DNA of 33,376 nt from an uncultured Methanomicrobia archaeon (GTDB lineage: Archaea > Halobacteriota > Bog-38 > Methanoflorentales > Methanoflorentaceae). The position numbers were made by a program, and so were the translations under genes. Below the pieces are notes generated by a model. It worked only from the letters and a program-made list of their open reading frames with translations. It was not told the origin of the DNA and made no database searches. The stretch is taken from contig CAZHSW010000086.1 in assembly GCA_964534635.1 (NCBI GenBank), forward strand, positions 1 to 33,376. The letters are read 5' to 3'. Below are positions 20,047 to 29,664 of the stretch, one piece after another. Each line of letters begins with the position of its first letter. Within the stretch, counting starts at the first letter, position 1.

Positions 20047-23000
20047 TTATTCGGTCAGCGAGATTACGACAGTATACCCCTCAATAACCCATTTCTTACA
20101 GATTTGCGCGGCTTCTTCCTTTCCTTCTTTGACCGACACGGAAAGTGTCTCATCTGTGACGTACGAGTAGTAAGTTTGAATGGCTTCCGAGACTTCCGCA
20201 GAACCTTGGTAACTAACCTTGACGCGAGCTGCGTACGGTAAATTGAGTTCCTTGCGCATAACTTGGATTCTCCTGACAATCTCTCTGGCGAGCAACTCTT
20301 GCTTGAGTTCTGGTGTCAGTTCGGTATCCAGAAAGACGCTGAGGCCGCGATCCTCGCTTTTTACAAGGCCATTTTTTGTCTTTTCTGAGATCGCCAGGTC
20401 TTCCTTCGACAAAGTAACAATCCCCTCCCCGACCGTCAATTCGATGCCGCTGTCCAGTCGTTCAAGAACGTTTTTGGGATCTACGTCGCTGACAGCCTTC
20501 TTAATTTTGGGGACTAGATCTTTGTATTTTGGCCCGACGCTAGAAAAATTAAGCCCTATATCGTAATCGACTAACTCTGTCTCATCGGACACGAAGTTGA
20601 TCGCCTTTACGTTGAGCTCATTTAACACAATAGTCTCAAGTTCGTGACTCCTGAATTTGGGCCCGATACATATAAGTTGTTTCAGCGGTTGCCGCGTTTT
20701 GACTTGCGCAGAAGACCGCGCGGTTCTTCCGACTTCGACGATTCGTTTCGCATATTCCATCTCTCGTTCGATTTTAGGGCTTAGCCGGTTCGTTTGGACT
20801 ACCGGATAACTTTCGAGGTGAACGCTTTCTTTCGCCGTAAGTCCGTAACGGGAAAGAGTCTGGTAGATGTGCTCAGCCATAAACGGAACGAATGGTGCGA
20901 TGAGTTTGCTAAGCGTCCACAACGTTTCCGAGAGCGAGACATAAGCAGAATTTTTATCTGAATCCTGCTCGCTCTTCCAGAAACGCCGCCTTGACGTTCT
21001 GATAAACCAGTTACTAAGCTCTTCGACAAAAAAATCTATTGCCACGGTTGCCGCGTAGTAGTCGTACTGATCCATCAGCTCAACTACGTCCGAAATTAAT
21101 CCATTTAAGCGCGAGAGTAACCATCTGTCGACCAATTTTTTCTGGCTGTCAGGAAGCTGCCACGACGCATTGTACTCGTCGATCGTCGCGTACGTCGTGA
21201 AAAAAGAAAGGACGTGCCAAAGCGTTGCCAGCGTTTTCCTCTGACACTCAACGATAGCCGCCTCGTAGAACTTCTTAGGGGTGCCAGGGTTGCCGGCGCT
21301 CAAAAGGTACCATCGCAAGCTGTCGGCACCCTCGGCGTTTAAGATTTGCCACGGATCGACGGCGTTACCCTTGCTTTTTGACATCTTTTGCCCCTGTTCG
21401 TCGACGATATGACCAAGGCTTATCACAGTATTGTATGCGTTCGATCCGAAAACCGCACTTGCTATTGCGTGTAAGCTGTAAAACCAGCCTCGTGTCTGGT
21501 CTACTCCTTCAGCTATGAAATCTACTGGAAGCTTGCATTCATTTCTGCGCTCGAACGGATAGTGCATAGACGCAAAAGGGGCACAGCCAGAATCGTACCA
21601 GCAGTCAATTACGTCGGGAACGCGGTGCATAGTCGCTGCGCATTGCTCGCAGGGAAACTCAACGCGGTCGATGTACGGCTTATGGACGTCAGGAAGAGCA
21701 GTACTTGTATCCATTCTATGCCGAAGCTCACCAATGCTTCCGATGAATGTGGTGTGTTTGTTTGGGCACCTCCAAATGGGCAAGGGCGTTCCCCAGTAGC
21801 GCTCTCTGCTCAGCGCCCAATCCCGAGCATTTTCGATGAAGTCCCCAAAACGCCCACGCTTCAAAGCTTGCGGATACCACGTGACGTTTGCGTTGTTGCG
21901 CACCAGCACGTCGCGCAAGGTGCTCATTCTAATAAACCACGCTTTGCGCGCGTAGTACATAAGAGGCGTTTCGCAACGCCAGCAAAACGGATAGCTGTGT
22001 TCGTAATTTTCACTCTTAAACAACAATCCTCGGCGGGCCAAATCCTTCGCTATCACGGGGTTAGCTTCCGTGAAAAATAGTCCGCCGACTAAGTCGACGT
22101 TATCGTCAAATCTTCCGTCAGGCTTGACTAGTTGGATTAGCGGGAGGCCTTCGGCCTTCGCTACATTAAAGTCTTCTTCTCCAAAAGCTGGAGCGACGTG
22201 CACGATGCCGGTTCCTTCGGCCGTGCTAACGAAATCGGCGAGAACCACGCTAGGTGCCTCGTTGCCAAACAGAGGCAGATAGCGAACCCCGCTGAGTTCG
22301 TCGCCTCGAAAGTCCTCTACCACGTCGAAATGTGCTGAGTTGTCCAAGACTGTTCGCAGCAGCTCCTTCGCTAGAATAAAGAATTGACCGTTAGCCCGCA
22401 CTTTCACGTAAAAGATATCAGGATTAACCGCAAGCGCTACGTTCGAAAGCAAGGTCCAGGGGGTTGTTGTCCAAGCCAATAAAAAAGTATCAGGCTGATC
22501 ACAAACAGGAAATTTTACGAATAGAGCCTCCTCGGTTATGGTGGCATACCCCTGAGCGACTTCGTGACTGCTCAACGCTGTTCCACATCGCGGGCAATAC
22601 GGAACTACGTAGTGACCTTCATAAATAAGGTCTTGCTCCCAAAGGCGTTTAAGGGACCACCACACCGATTCGATGTAGCGCGGATCCATTGTCGTGTACG
22701 GCACGGTCAAATCGATGAAGAAACCTACACGTTTCGTCATTTCGGCCCATTCATCGATGTGACTGAACACCGAGCTGCGGCAAACGGCGTTAAACTGTTC
22801 AATCCCGTACTTCTCGATACCCGACTTGTCCTCAAATTGAAGTTCCTTCTCGACGGAAATCTCAACTGGAAGGCCGTGACAATCCCATCCGCTTACGCGG
22901 GGAGCGTAATAGCCTTGCATAGTCTTGTATCGCAGAAAGAGATCTTTTACTACTCGCGCATAGACGTGGTGGACGCCTGGTGACCCGTTTGCAGTAGGAG

Positions 23001-23193
23001 GGCCTTCGATGAATCTGAATAACGTCGCTCCTTTATTTGCGTTTATACTCTTAGCGCTAATATTCTGGTCATCCCATCGTCTCAGGATAGCCTCCTCCAT
23101 AGCGACGAGGTTGAAATCGTTCTTGCCGTTTAACGTTCGCGGTTCGTCGGACTGTGAGTTACGGGCAGCGTTTGCCACGCGATGTTTGTTCAT
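20047..23193 (-). CDS. ileS: Isoleucine--tRNA ligase, type 2, with GVHH signature motif
   Basis: EGPPTANG, GWDCHGLPVE, WTTTPWTL, GTGIVH, DWALSRERYWGTPLP, EGVDQTRGWFY, KMSKS. Confidence 0.98.
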   Translation of the reverse strand: MNKHRVANAARNSQSDEPRTLNGKNDFNLVAMEEAILRRWDDQNISAKSINANKGATLFRFIEGPPTANGSPGVHHVYARVVKDLFLRYKTMQGYYAPRVSGWDCHGLPVEISVEKELQFEDKSGIEKYGIEQFNAVCRSSVFSHIDEWAEMTKRVGFFIDLTVPYTTMDPRYIESVWWSLKRLWEQDLIYEGHYVVPYCPRCGTALSSHEVAQGYATITEEALFVKFPVCDQPDTFLLAWTTTPWTLLSNVALAVNPDIFYVKVRANGQFFILAKELLRTVLDNSAHFDVVEDFRGDELSGVRYLPLFGNEAPSVVLADFVSTAEGTGIVHVAPAFGEEDFNVAKAEGLPLIQLVKPDGRFDDNVDLVGGLFFTEANPVIAKDLARRGLLFKSENYEHSYPFCWRCETPLMYYARKAWFIRMSTLRDVLVRNNANVTWYPQALKRGRFGDFIENARDWALSRERYWGTPLPIWRCPNKHTTFIGSIGELRHRMDTSTALPDVHKPYIDRVEFPCEQCAATMHRVPDVIDCWYDSGCAPFASMHYPFERRNECKLPVDFIAEGVDQTRGWFYSLHAIASAVFGSNAYNTVISLGHIVDEQGQKMSKSKGNAVDPWQILNAEGADSLRWYLLSAGNPGTPKKFYEAAIVECQRKTLATLWHVLSFFTTYATIDEYNASWQLPDSQKKLVDRWLLSRLNGLISDVVELMDQYDYYAATVAIDFFVEELSNWFIRTSRRRFWKSEQDSDKNSAYVSLSETLWTLSKLIAPFVPFMAEHIYQTLSRYGLTAKESVHLESYPVVQTNRLSPKIEREMEYAKRIVEVGRTARSSAQVKTRQPLKQLICIGPKFRSHELETIVLNELNVKAINFVSDETELVDYDIGLNFSSVGPKYKDLVPKIKKAVSDVDPKNVLERLDSGIELTVGEGIVTLSKEDLAISEKTKNGLVKSEDRGLSVFLDTELTPELKQELLAREIVRRIQVMRKELNLPYAARVKVSYQGSAEVSEAIQTYYSYVTDETLSVSVKEGKEEAAQICKKWVIEGYTVVISLTE

Positions 23194-23340
23194 ATTCTAA
23201 ATGAGTTCCTTAACGCCCGTGAAAGACGTTTCTTACGCTTTTGGTTTCGCGCTGACTAATAAAGATTGTCGAGTTGCAATGAGTTTAAGCAGAAAGCTCT
23301 GATGATGTTCCGCGCTTTTTGGACGTGCCGGAGCCCGCTT

Positions 23341-23817
23341 TTAGGTTCGACTCCTCAACTTATTTAGCTCTGAGGGCTCGCCCACTCTTTCCTCGGTCAC
23401 CGAAGCAGGCGCAGGGATAAAAAACACGCGGACGTGGAAGACACCGCTTTGCACCATCATTCTTTCAGCAAATTTTCTTATCTCAGCAGCACTTCCTCGG
23501 ACGACGTCGACCTCCAAGCAATTCTCAGCATCTAAATGGATGTGAATGGTCGACGTGATGATCCGCGCGTTTTCGTGTTGTATGTCCGTCAATAAAGAGA
23601 TAAGACCTCGTTGTTCATGACTGTACGCTAATGTAATCACGCCGACCTGCTCTCCGGCACTTTTGCTGAACAACTCATAATCCGCTAGATACCCTCTAAT
23701 TGCATCCCTGATTGCCTCTGATCGTGAAGAATACCCCCGCCTGTTCACGGCTTGGTCAAATTCAAAAAGGAGGTGCGCCGGTATTGATACCCCTATCCTC
23801 ATCAGTTCGTCTTCCAT
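23341..23817 (-). CDS. nikR: Nickel-responsive transcriptional regulator NikR
   Basis: RHH domain (RIGVSI...RGYSSRSEAIRDAIR), DIQH and HIHL...NCLEV nickel-site residues. Confidence 0.93.
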   Translation of the reverse strand: MEDELMRIGVSIPAHLLFEFDQAVNRRGYSSRSEAIRDAIRGYLADYELFSKSAGEQVGVITLAYSHEQRGLISLLTDIQHENARIITSTIHIHLDAENCLEVDVVRGSAAEIRKFAERMMVQSGVFHVRVFFIPAPASVTEERVGEPSELNKLRSRT

Positions 23818-23887
23818 TTTACACCCAAAACCTTCTATGCGAGCGCCCTTAACCCGCGTTGCTAGTACGCGTAGACGTCTTGCTGTC

Positions 23888-23901
23888 TATATAAATCATA
23901 C
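23888..23901 (-). promoter_or_regulatory. Putative nikR promoter (TTTATATA) preceded by GTATGA
   Basis: Minus strand reads GTATGATTTATATA about 70 nt upstream of the nikR ATG. Confidence 0.4.
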
Positions 23902-24102
23902 CTGCTTCCGTCCTAGCAGCAGGCTTCCATCACTATTATCTAATTCCCGCGCTTCAAATGCAGGGAAACTAATAGTCACGTCTGAACTATCCTCACAACC
24001 GCCACTTCGCAAAAAAATATATGCCCGTGCATCGCTAACAATAGACTAATAAGAGAGAGATATGACCTTAATAGATGATACGGGGCTTGTTAGTTGAGTA
24101 GC

Positions 24103-24819
24103 ATGTCGGATCGAACACAAGGCGCCGAGCTGATGCACGCTAGAAAAACTATAATGCACATCATCAATTCGTTAAGCGCCTCAAGCAAATTGAAAGGGGT
24201 TCATATTGACGATATTGTAAGCTACGGTGAGTCCTTAGGTATCTACCCAGAAAGCGTCATTGGCGTAATTCAGCAACTCGCAAAGGAAGGCCTAGTGGTC
24301 GAACCTTCAAAGAACCGCTTTTTGAATCGATTTCCACCGGTGGCTATCCCAAAGAGCAACTTCAAAACCGATCAGCCACGGTCGCAGAAAGAAGCGATTG
24401 AATCGAAACGAGAAGCTTCAGATGAACTAGAAAAGATGGCTTCTCTCCTCGAAAAGAGTCACATCAGGGTCAGTCCACAGCAGCTGCTGCAAATCCAGCA
24501 CGAGTACAACAACATATTGAGATCAAGCAATGCTGATTTTTTTTATGATGGGTATCCTAGCGACGCAGAAATCGCTAAGCGGGTCGGCGTTGACAAGAGA
24601 AAGATTCAGGGCGCACGTGTATTGCTTGGGCTTTTGACGGAGCACGACGTAAAGATCGACTTCGATTACGAAAAGTTCCAACAATGGCTATCGAGTCCAA
24701 AAGTTGCGAGAAAGAGCTCAAAGGACTTTGCCACAGAGCTTGGCTTGAGCTACTCGACGTTCAAGCGAAAGAGAGCTCTGTGGGAGGCATATCTTGTAAA
24801 CAAACAAGTGCGCCAATGA
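24103..24819 (+). CDS. Hypothetical DNA-binding protein: N-terminal winged helix + two C-terminal HTH motifs (Cmi4-like)
   Basis: wHTH: GVHIDDIVSYGESLGIYPESVIGVIQQLAKEGLVVEPSKNRF. HTH1: SDAEIAKRVGVDKRKIQGAR. HTH2: SSKDFATELGLSYSTFKRKR. Start uncertain (24094/24103/24133). Confidence 0.7.
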   Translation: MSDRTQGAELMHARKTIMHIINSLSASSKLKGVHIDDIVSYGESLGIYPESVIGVIQQLAKEGLVVEPSKNRFLNRFPPVAIPKSNFKTDQPRSQKEAIESKREASDELEKMASLLEKSHIRVSPQQLLQIQHEYNNILRSSNADFFYDGYPSDAEIAKRVGVDKRKIQGARVLLGLLTEHDVKIDFDYEKFQQWLSSPKVARKSSKDFATELGLSYSTFKRKRALWEAYLVNKQVRQ

Positions 24820-24852
24820 CAAAAAAAATGCAAGTGGTTGCTTGGGTTTTTT

Positions 24853-25377
24853 ATGAAGTTCTTAGTTGACCGAATGTTAGGTAACCTCACGTCTTGGTTG
24901 AGAATTTTGGGCTATGACACTGTTAGCGCAAATTCATTCGTCGGCATGTCGAATCCGGCAGAGGACACATTTATGCTTAAGCTGTCGGGACTAGAAGGGC
25001 GAGCATTGCTAACTCGGGACATGGCTTTGCACTATCGAGCGAGCCAGAAGTATCGCATACCTTCGCTTCTAATTGAAGGCGGCGACGTGTTGCATCAACT
25101 AAATCAGGTGCGACACGAATTTGGTTTAATTTTTCCCGAACAACCAGATGCCGTTCGATGTACTATCTGCAACGGCTGTCTTTACCAAGCTGGAATTCAC
25201 GAGGTTCTTCAATCAAGCGAGATCGCCAAGCTTCGCACCAAAGGCGTCGACATAAGAGCGTTTATTAAACGACACGCTAACTATCTAAAATGTGATCATT
25301 GTGGAAAGCTATTCTGGCAGGGGCAACACTGGCGGAACATGCTCCAAATGACCCGACACCTCAGTAAAGTTGACTGA
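24853..25377 (+). CDS. Mut7-C RNase domain protein (PIN-like fold + Zn ribbon)
   Basis: MKFLVDRMLG.L..WLRILGYDT, LLTRD, RCTICNG...CDHCGKLFWQGQHW. Confidence 0.92.
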   Translation: MKFLVDRMLGNLTSWLRILGYDTVSANSFVGMSNPAEDTFMLKLSGLEGRALLTRDMALHYRASQKYRIPSLLIEGGDVLHQLNQVRHEFGLIFPEQPDAVRCTICNGCLYQAGIHEVLQSSEIAKLRTKGVDIRAFIKRHANYLKCDHCGKLFWQGQHWRNMLQMTRHLSKVD

Positions 25378-25440
25378 AGACGGCGCAGTGGTACTGCTTT
25401 ATGGAAATTACTCTCTCTAATTGCTTCTTTTTTGCGCTTT

Positions 25441-26190
25441 TCAAGACCTGCGTGTCAACTTCTTACGGCTTTTCTTGACAGCTTCGTAGTCATTTACTTC
25501 AATTATCGCTTTGTCGATGCCCCCAAGCTGACTCCAATCGATAGTGCCAGCCCCGACAGTAAGATGCTGATCACGCAACCCGTCGTTATCACTTACGTGA
25601 TAATAAGCTATTGGCAAATCTGCTTGCAAAAACTCTTGGACTAGGTCATTCGTGTGTGCGTGTCCAACGTCGATAGTCGCCGATGTGTTGCACATTTCCA
25701 CGAAGAGCTTGTGCTCTGCGACACCGGTGCAGAAATATTTCTGGTTACGCGGCATGTTCTCGATCGCAGGTTCTATTCCGGCGTCTTTTGAATACTGTGC
25801 CCATTTTTCGAGGCCTGAAAAAGCTGATTCAAGCGAGCGCTGTGTAAGCGCGTCGTTAATTCTCTTTACGTATCCTGGGTGCGTCGTGATCGTTGTAGCG
25901 CCTATCTCGGCTGCGAGATCGACCGTCTCTCTGAGTTGCTTTGCTGTTTCCTCACGGATACCAGCGTTTAGACTCGCAGGATTCAGATCTACAGTTGGCG
26001 AATGAATCGTCAGCTCAATATCATATTCCAACAAAATCTCGAACTGCACGATGTTTTTCAGTGCTTGTCTAGGTAAGTACGGTCCTTCGCAAAGGAGCTC
26101 AACCGCGTCGAAACCGTCTGCACAAGCCTTCATTATTATCTGATCGAAAGAATTGTCAAATAAGGCAAGCGCGCTGAATCCGATCTTCAT
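25441..26190 (-). CDS. Sugar-phosphate isomerase/epimerase (xylose-isomerase-like TIM barrel)
   Basis: HSP..DLNPAS, THPG, IENMP, DVGHAH, HVSDNDG..DQHL..G.GTIDW, IIE metal ligands. Confidence 0.88.
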   Translation of the reverse strand: MKIGFSALALFDNSFDQIIMKACADGFDAVELLCEGPYLPRQALKNIVQFEILLEYDIELTIHSPTVDLNPASLNAGIREETAKQLRETVDLAAEIGATTITTHPGYVKRINDALTQRSLESAFSGLEKWAQYSKDAGIEPAIENMPRNQKYFCTGVAEHKLFVEMCNTSATIDVGHAHTNDLVQEFLQADLPIAYYHVSDNDGLRDQHLTVGAGTIDWSQLGGIDKAIIEVNDYEAVKKSRKKLTRRS

Positions 26191-26317
26191 AGATATTCAG
26201 AAAAATGCTCGCAGGCAGTTCAACACAATCGTGCTTTAATCTTGTGCAATTAGTCCGGGACGCGCCGAGCCGCGCAGAAGAATCGCGCTCTGGAAGCTTC
26301 AGTGGGAGGGTAAGTTG

Positions 26318-27313
26318 TTAGCGCGCGGGGTAATAGTCTTCTACTCGGACGATGTCGTCGGCAAATGGCGTTGAAATGCTATGCATCAAAGAGTTTTCGG
26401 TGGCTACAATCTTATGCAAAGCCCCGCTGGGAATGTGAATAGTATCATTTCGCCCGAAAACCTCTTTTTTGTGCTCAAATTGCACGTAACAAGAACCTTC
26501 AAGCATGTAAATGGATTCTTCTTTCTCCTTATGATAATGATATGACGTCGTATAACCTTCCTTAATATAGATCTCTTTGGTAAGGTAGTTCTCTGTACTT
26601 ATGAGTACTTTCTCATATCCCCACGGTTTGTCAGTCCGATTCGCGTATTCTTTCTTTATCTCTTCGAGGTCTTTGGTCGTATCAATTGACATCCAAAACG
26701 TGTTTTCCTTGTAGTAACCGAGTTGATTGGTATCGGCGAGAACAGGAAAAACGGTTTTTTCGATTTCTCCAGTTTCAAAATCGCCAGTTGGAATGTCTGA
26801 ATCAAGGAGATAGATCCCCCCGTTGATATAATACTCAAGGAGCGGTTTTTCTTTGAAGGACCGTATGTGATCCTCTCCAAGTTCAACGATACCGTAAGGA
26901 CTGCGCATTTTAGTCACAAACATCATAGCTTTGAAATCGCTAGCGTTGTATTTTTTTATCATCTTCTTCAGATTTATGTCGGAAACAACGTCGCCATTGC
27001 GGATCAGCACAGTCGCTTCGTCGTGCAACAAGGCGATTCCGCGTTTAATTGCGTTGAGTGTGCCGAGAGGCTTATCTTCAACGGAGTACTCGATCTCCAT
27101 GCCACGAAAGCTCCTCTTGTAACGCCCCTCTATTTTCTCGCTTAAGTAACCAGTGAGCAGTATTACCTTCTCTATATCGCTATTAGCCATATCATAGAGC
27201 TGCCGATCCAGAATGGTGTAATTATCAGTGATGTCAATAAGTGGCTTTGGTATGTCCTCAGTATAAGGTTTAAGCCGCTTCCCATAGCCTCCACAAAGGA
27301 TCATACCTATCAT
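26318..27313 (-). CDS. Sugar-1-phosphate nucleotidyltransferase fused to a C-terminal cupin (GMP/PMI-like architecture)
   Basis: ILCGGYGKRLKP...PKPL, PLGT, NGD, YGIV, FKEKP, INGGIY, W.SIDT. Cupin: DKPWGYE, SYHYH..KEE, IPSGALH. Start probably ATG 27313 (track used 27373). Confidence 0.88.
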   Translation of the reverse strand: MIGMILCGGYGKRLKPYTEDIPKPLIDITDNYTILDRQLYDMANSDIEKVILLTGYLSEKIEGRYKRSFRGMEIEYSVEDKPLGTLNAIKRGIALLHDEATVLIRNGDVVSDINLKKMIKKYNASDFKAMMFVTKMRSPYGIVELGEDHIRSFKEKPLLEYYINGGIYLLDSDIPTGDFETGEIEKTVFPVLADTNQLGYYKENTFWMSIDTTKDLEEIKKEYANRTDKPWGYEKVLISTENYLTKEIYIKEGYTTSYHYHKEKEESIYMLEGSCYVQFEHKKEVFGRNDTIHIPSGALHKIVATENSLMHSISTPFADDIVRVEDYYPAR

Positions 27314-27425
27314 ACGCTCGTTGGTAAGCCCTGCGTCGACTTTAGTTTTTCCATCTGAAATCGAACGTCGCACTGCTACTACAAATGATGCAAAAAAAAG
27401 AAATTATCGTCCGAATCTCGCGACC

Positions 27426-27444
27426 GAACGTAAAAAAAGCGTTC
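27426..27444 (-). terminator. Putative terminator after hesB/iscA
   Basis: GAACG...CGTTC inverted repeat enclosing an A7 run (T7 on the minus strand) just past the stop. Confidence 0.4.
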
Positions 27445-27456
27445 AACTAGATTTGG

Positions 27457-27780
27457 TTAGCCGCATCCGCCGCCACAAGAGCCGCAGCCAGTCAGGCTCG
27501 GATGCTTGATTGTGAATCCTTTCCCGAAAAGTGGATCGTCCACAAAGTCTATCTCCGCGCCGTCGAGTGCCGCTTCCACATTCTTTTCGAGGAACATTTT
27601 AACGCCGTTAGATTCTTGCACATCTTCCTTAGCCGTCGGATTTTCATCGAGAGACATAGTGTACTGTGGTCCTCCACAGCCCATGCCACCATATGATATC
27701 CTCAGACCGAATTCCGATTTGCCTTCTTTTACCAGGAGTTCTTTTAACTCTTTTGCCGCCATTTCTGTGACTTCAATCAT
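27457..27780 (-). CDS. HesB/IscA-family Fe-S cluster assembly accessory protein
   Basis: MIEVTEMAAKEL, LRI..GGMGCGGPQY.MSLD, IDFV...GF.I..P...CGSCGGGCG. Start 27780 or TTG 27792. Confidence 0.88.
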   Translation of the reverse strand: MIEVTEMAAKELKELLVKEGKSEFGLRISYGGMGCGGPQYTMSLDENPTAKEDVQESNGVKMFLEKNVEAALDGAEIDFVDDPLFGKGFTIKHPSLTGCGSCGGGCG

Positions 27781-27847
27781 TTCAAACTCCAATTTATTTT
27801 TTCTCGTCCCAAGTATTTAAAGCTGGCTGTGGCACCTATTTTATAAG

Positions 27848-27868
27848 CGCTTTTTTTAAAAAAAAGCG
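27848..27868. terminator. Palindromic T7/A8 element; likely thermosome terminator
   Basis: CGC-TTTTTTT-A-AAAAAAA-GCG. Gives T8 on the minus strand about 12 nt after the thermosome stop. Confidence 0.55.
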
Positions 27869-27877
27869 GTGGACGGC

Positions 27878-29557
<1,680 letters not shown>

Positions 29558-29617
29558 TTTTTTCCTCCGTATGCGTGAAAGTCTAGTAGATAGGTTCGGC
29601 CTTAACTATGCATAAAG

Positions 29618-29635
29618 TTCTATAAAATAGTTTTG
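29618..29635 (-). promoter_or_regulatory. Putative thermosome promoter (BRE/TATA followed by GAA)
   Basis: Minus strand CAAAACTATTTTATAGAA. SD GGAGG at 29564-29568. Confidence 0.55.
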
Positions 29636-29664
29636 TCCAGAAAGAACTTCATCTAGAGGCGCGA

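Noticed and set aside
21562-22983. Antisense ORFs of 139-172 aa opposite ileS
   Set aside because: Shadow frames of a conserved gene with no recognisable domains.
23343-23355. AGGTTCGACTCCT, resembling a tRNA T-arm
   Set aside because: Only a 3-bp stem, no acceptor/D/anticodon arms can be built, and it overlaps the nikR 3' end.
23837-24049. 70-aa ORF in the nikR intergenic region
   Set aside because: No motif, composition looks non-coding, and it overlaps predicted promoter elements.
27457-27792. Possible selenoprotein HesB
   Set aside because: The relevant GxGCGG position is a TGT Cys codon and there is no in-frame TGA.
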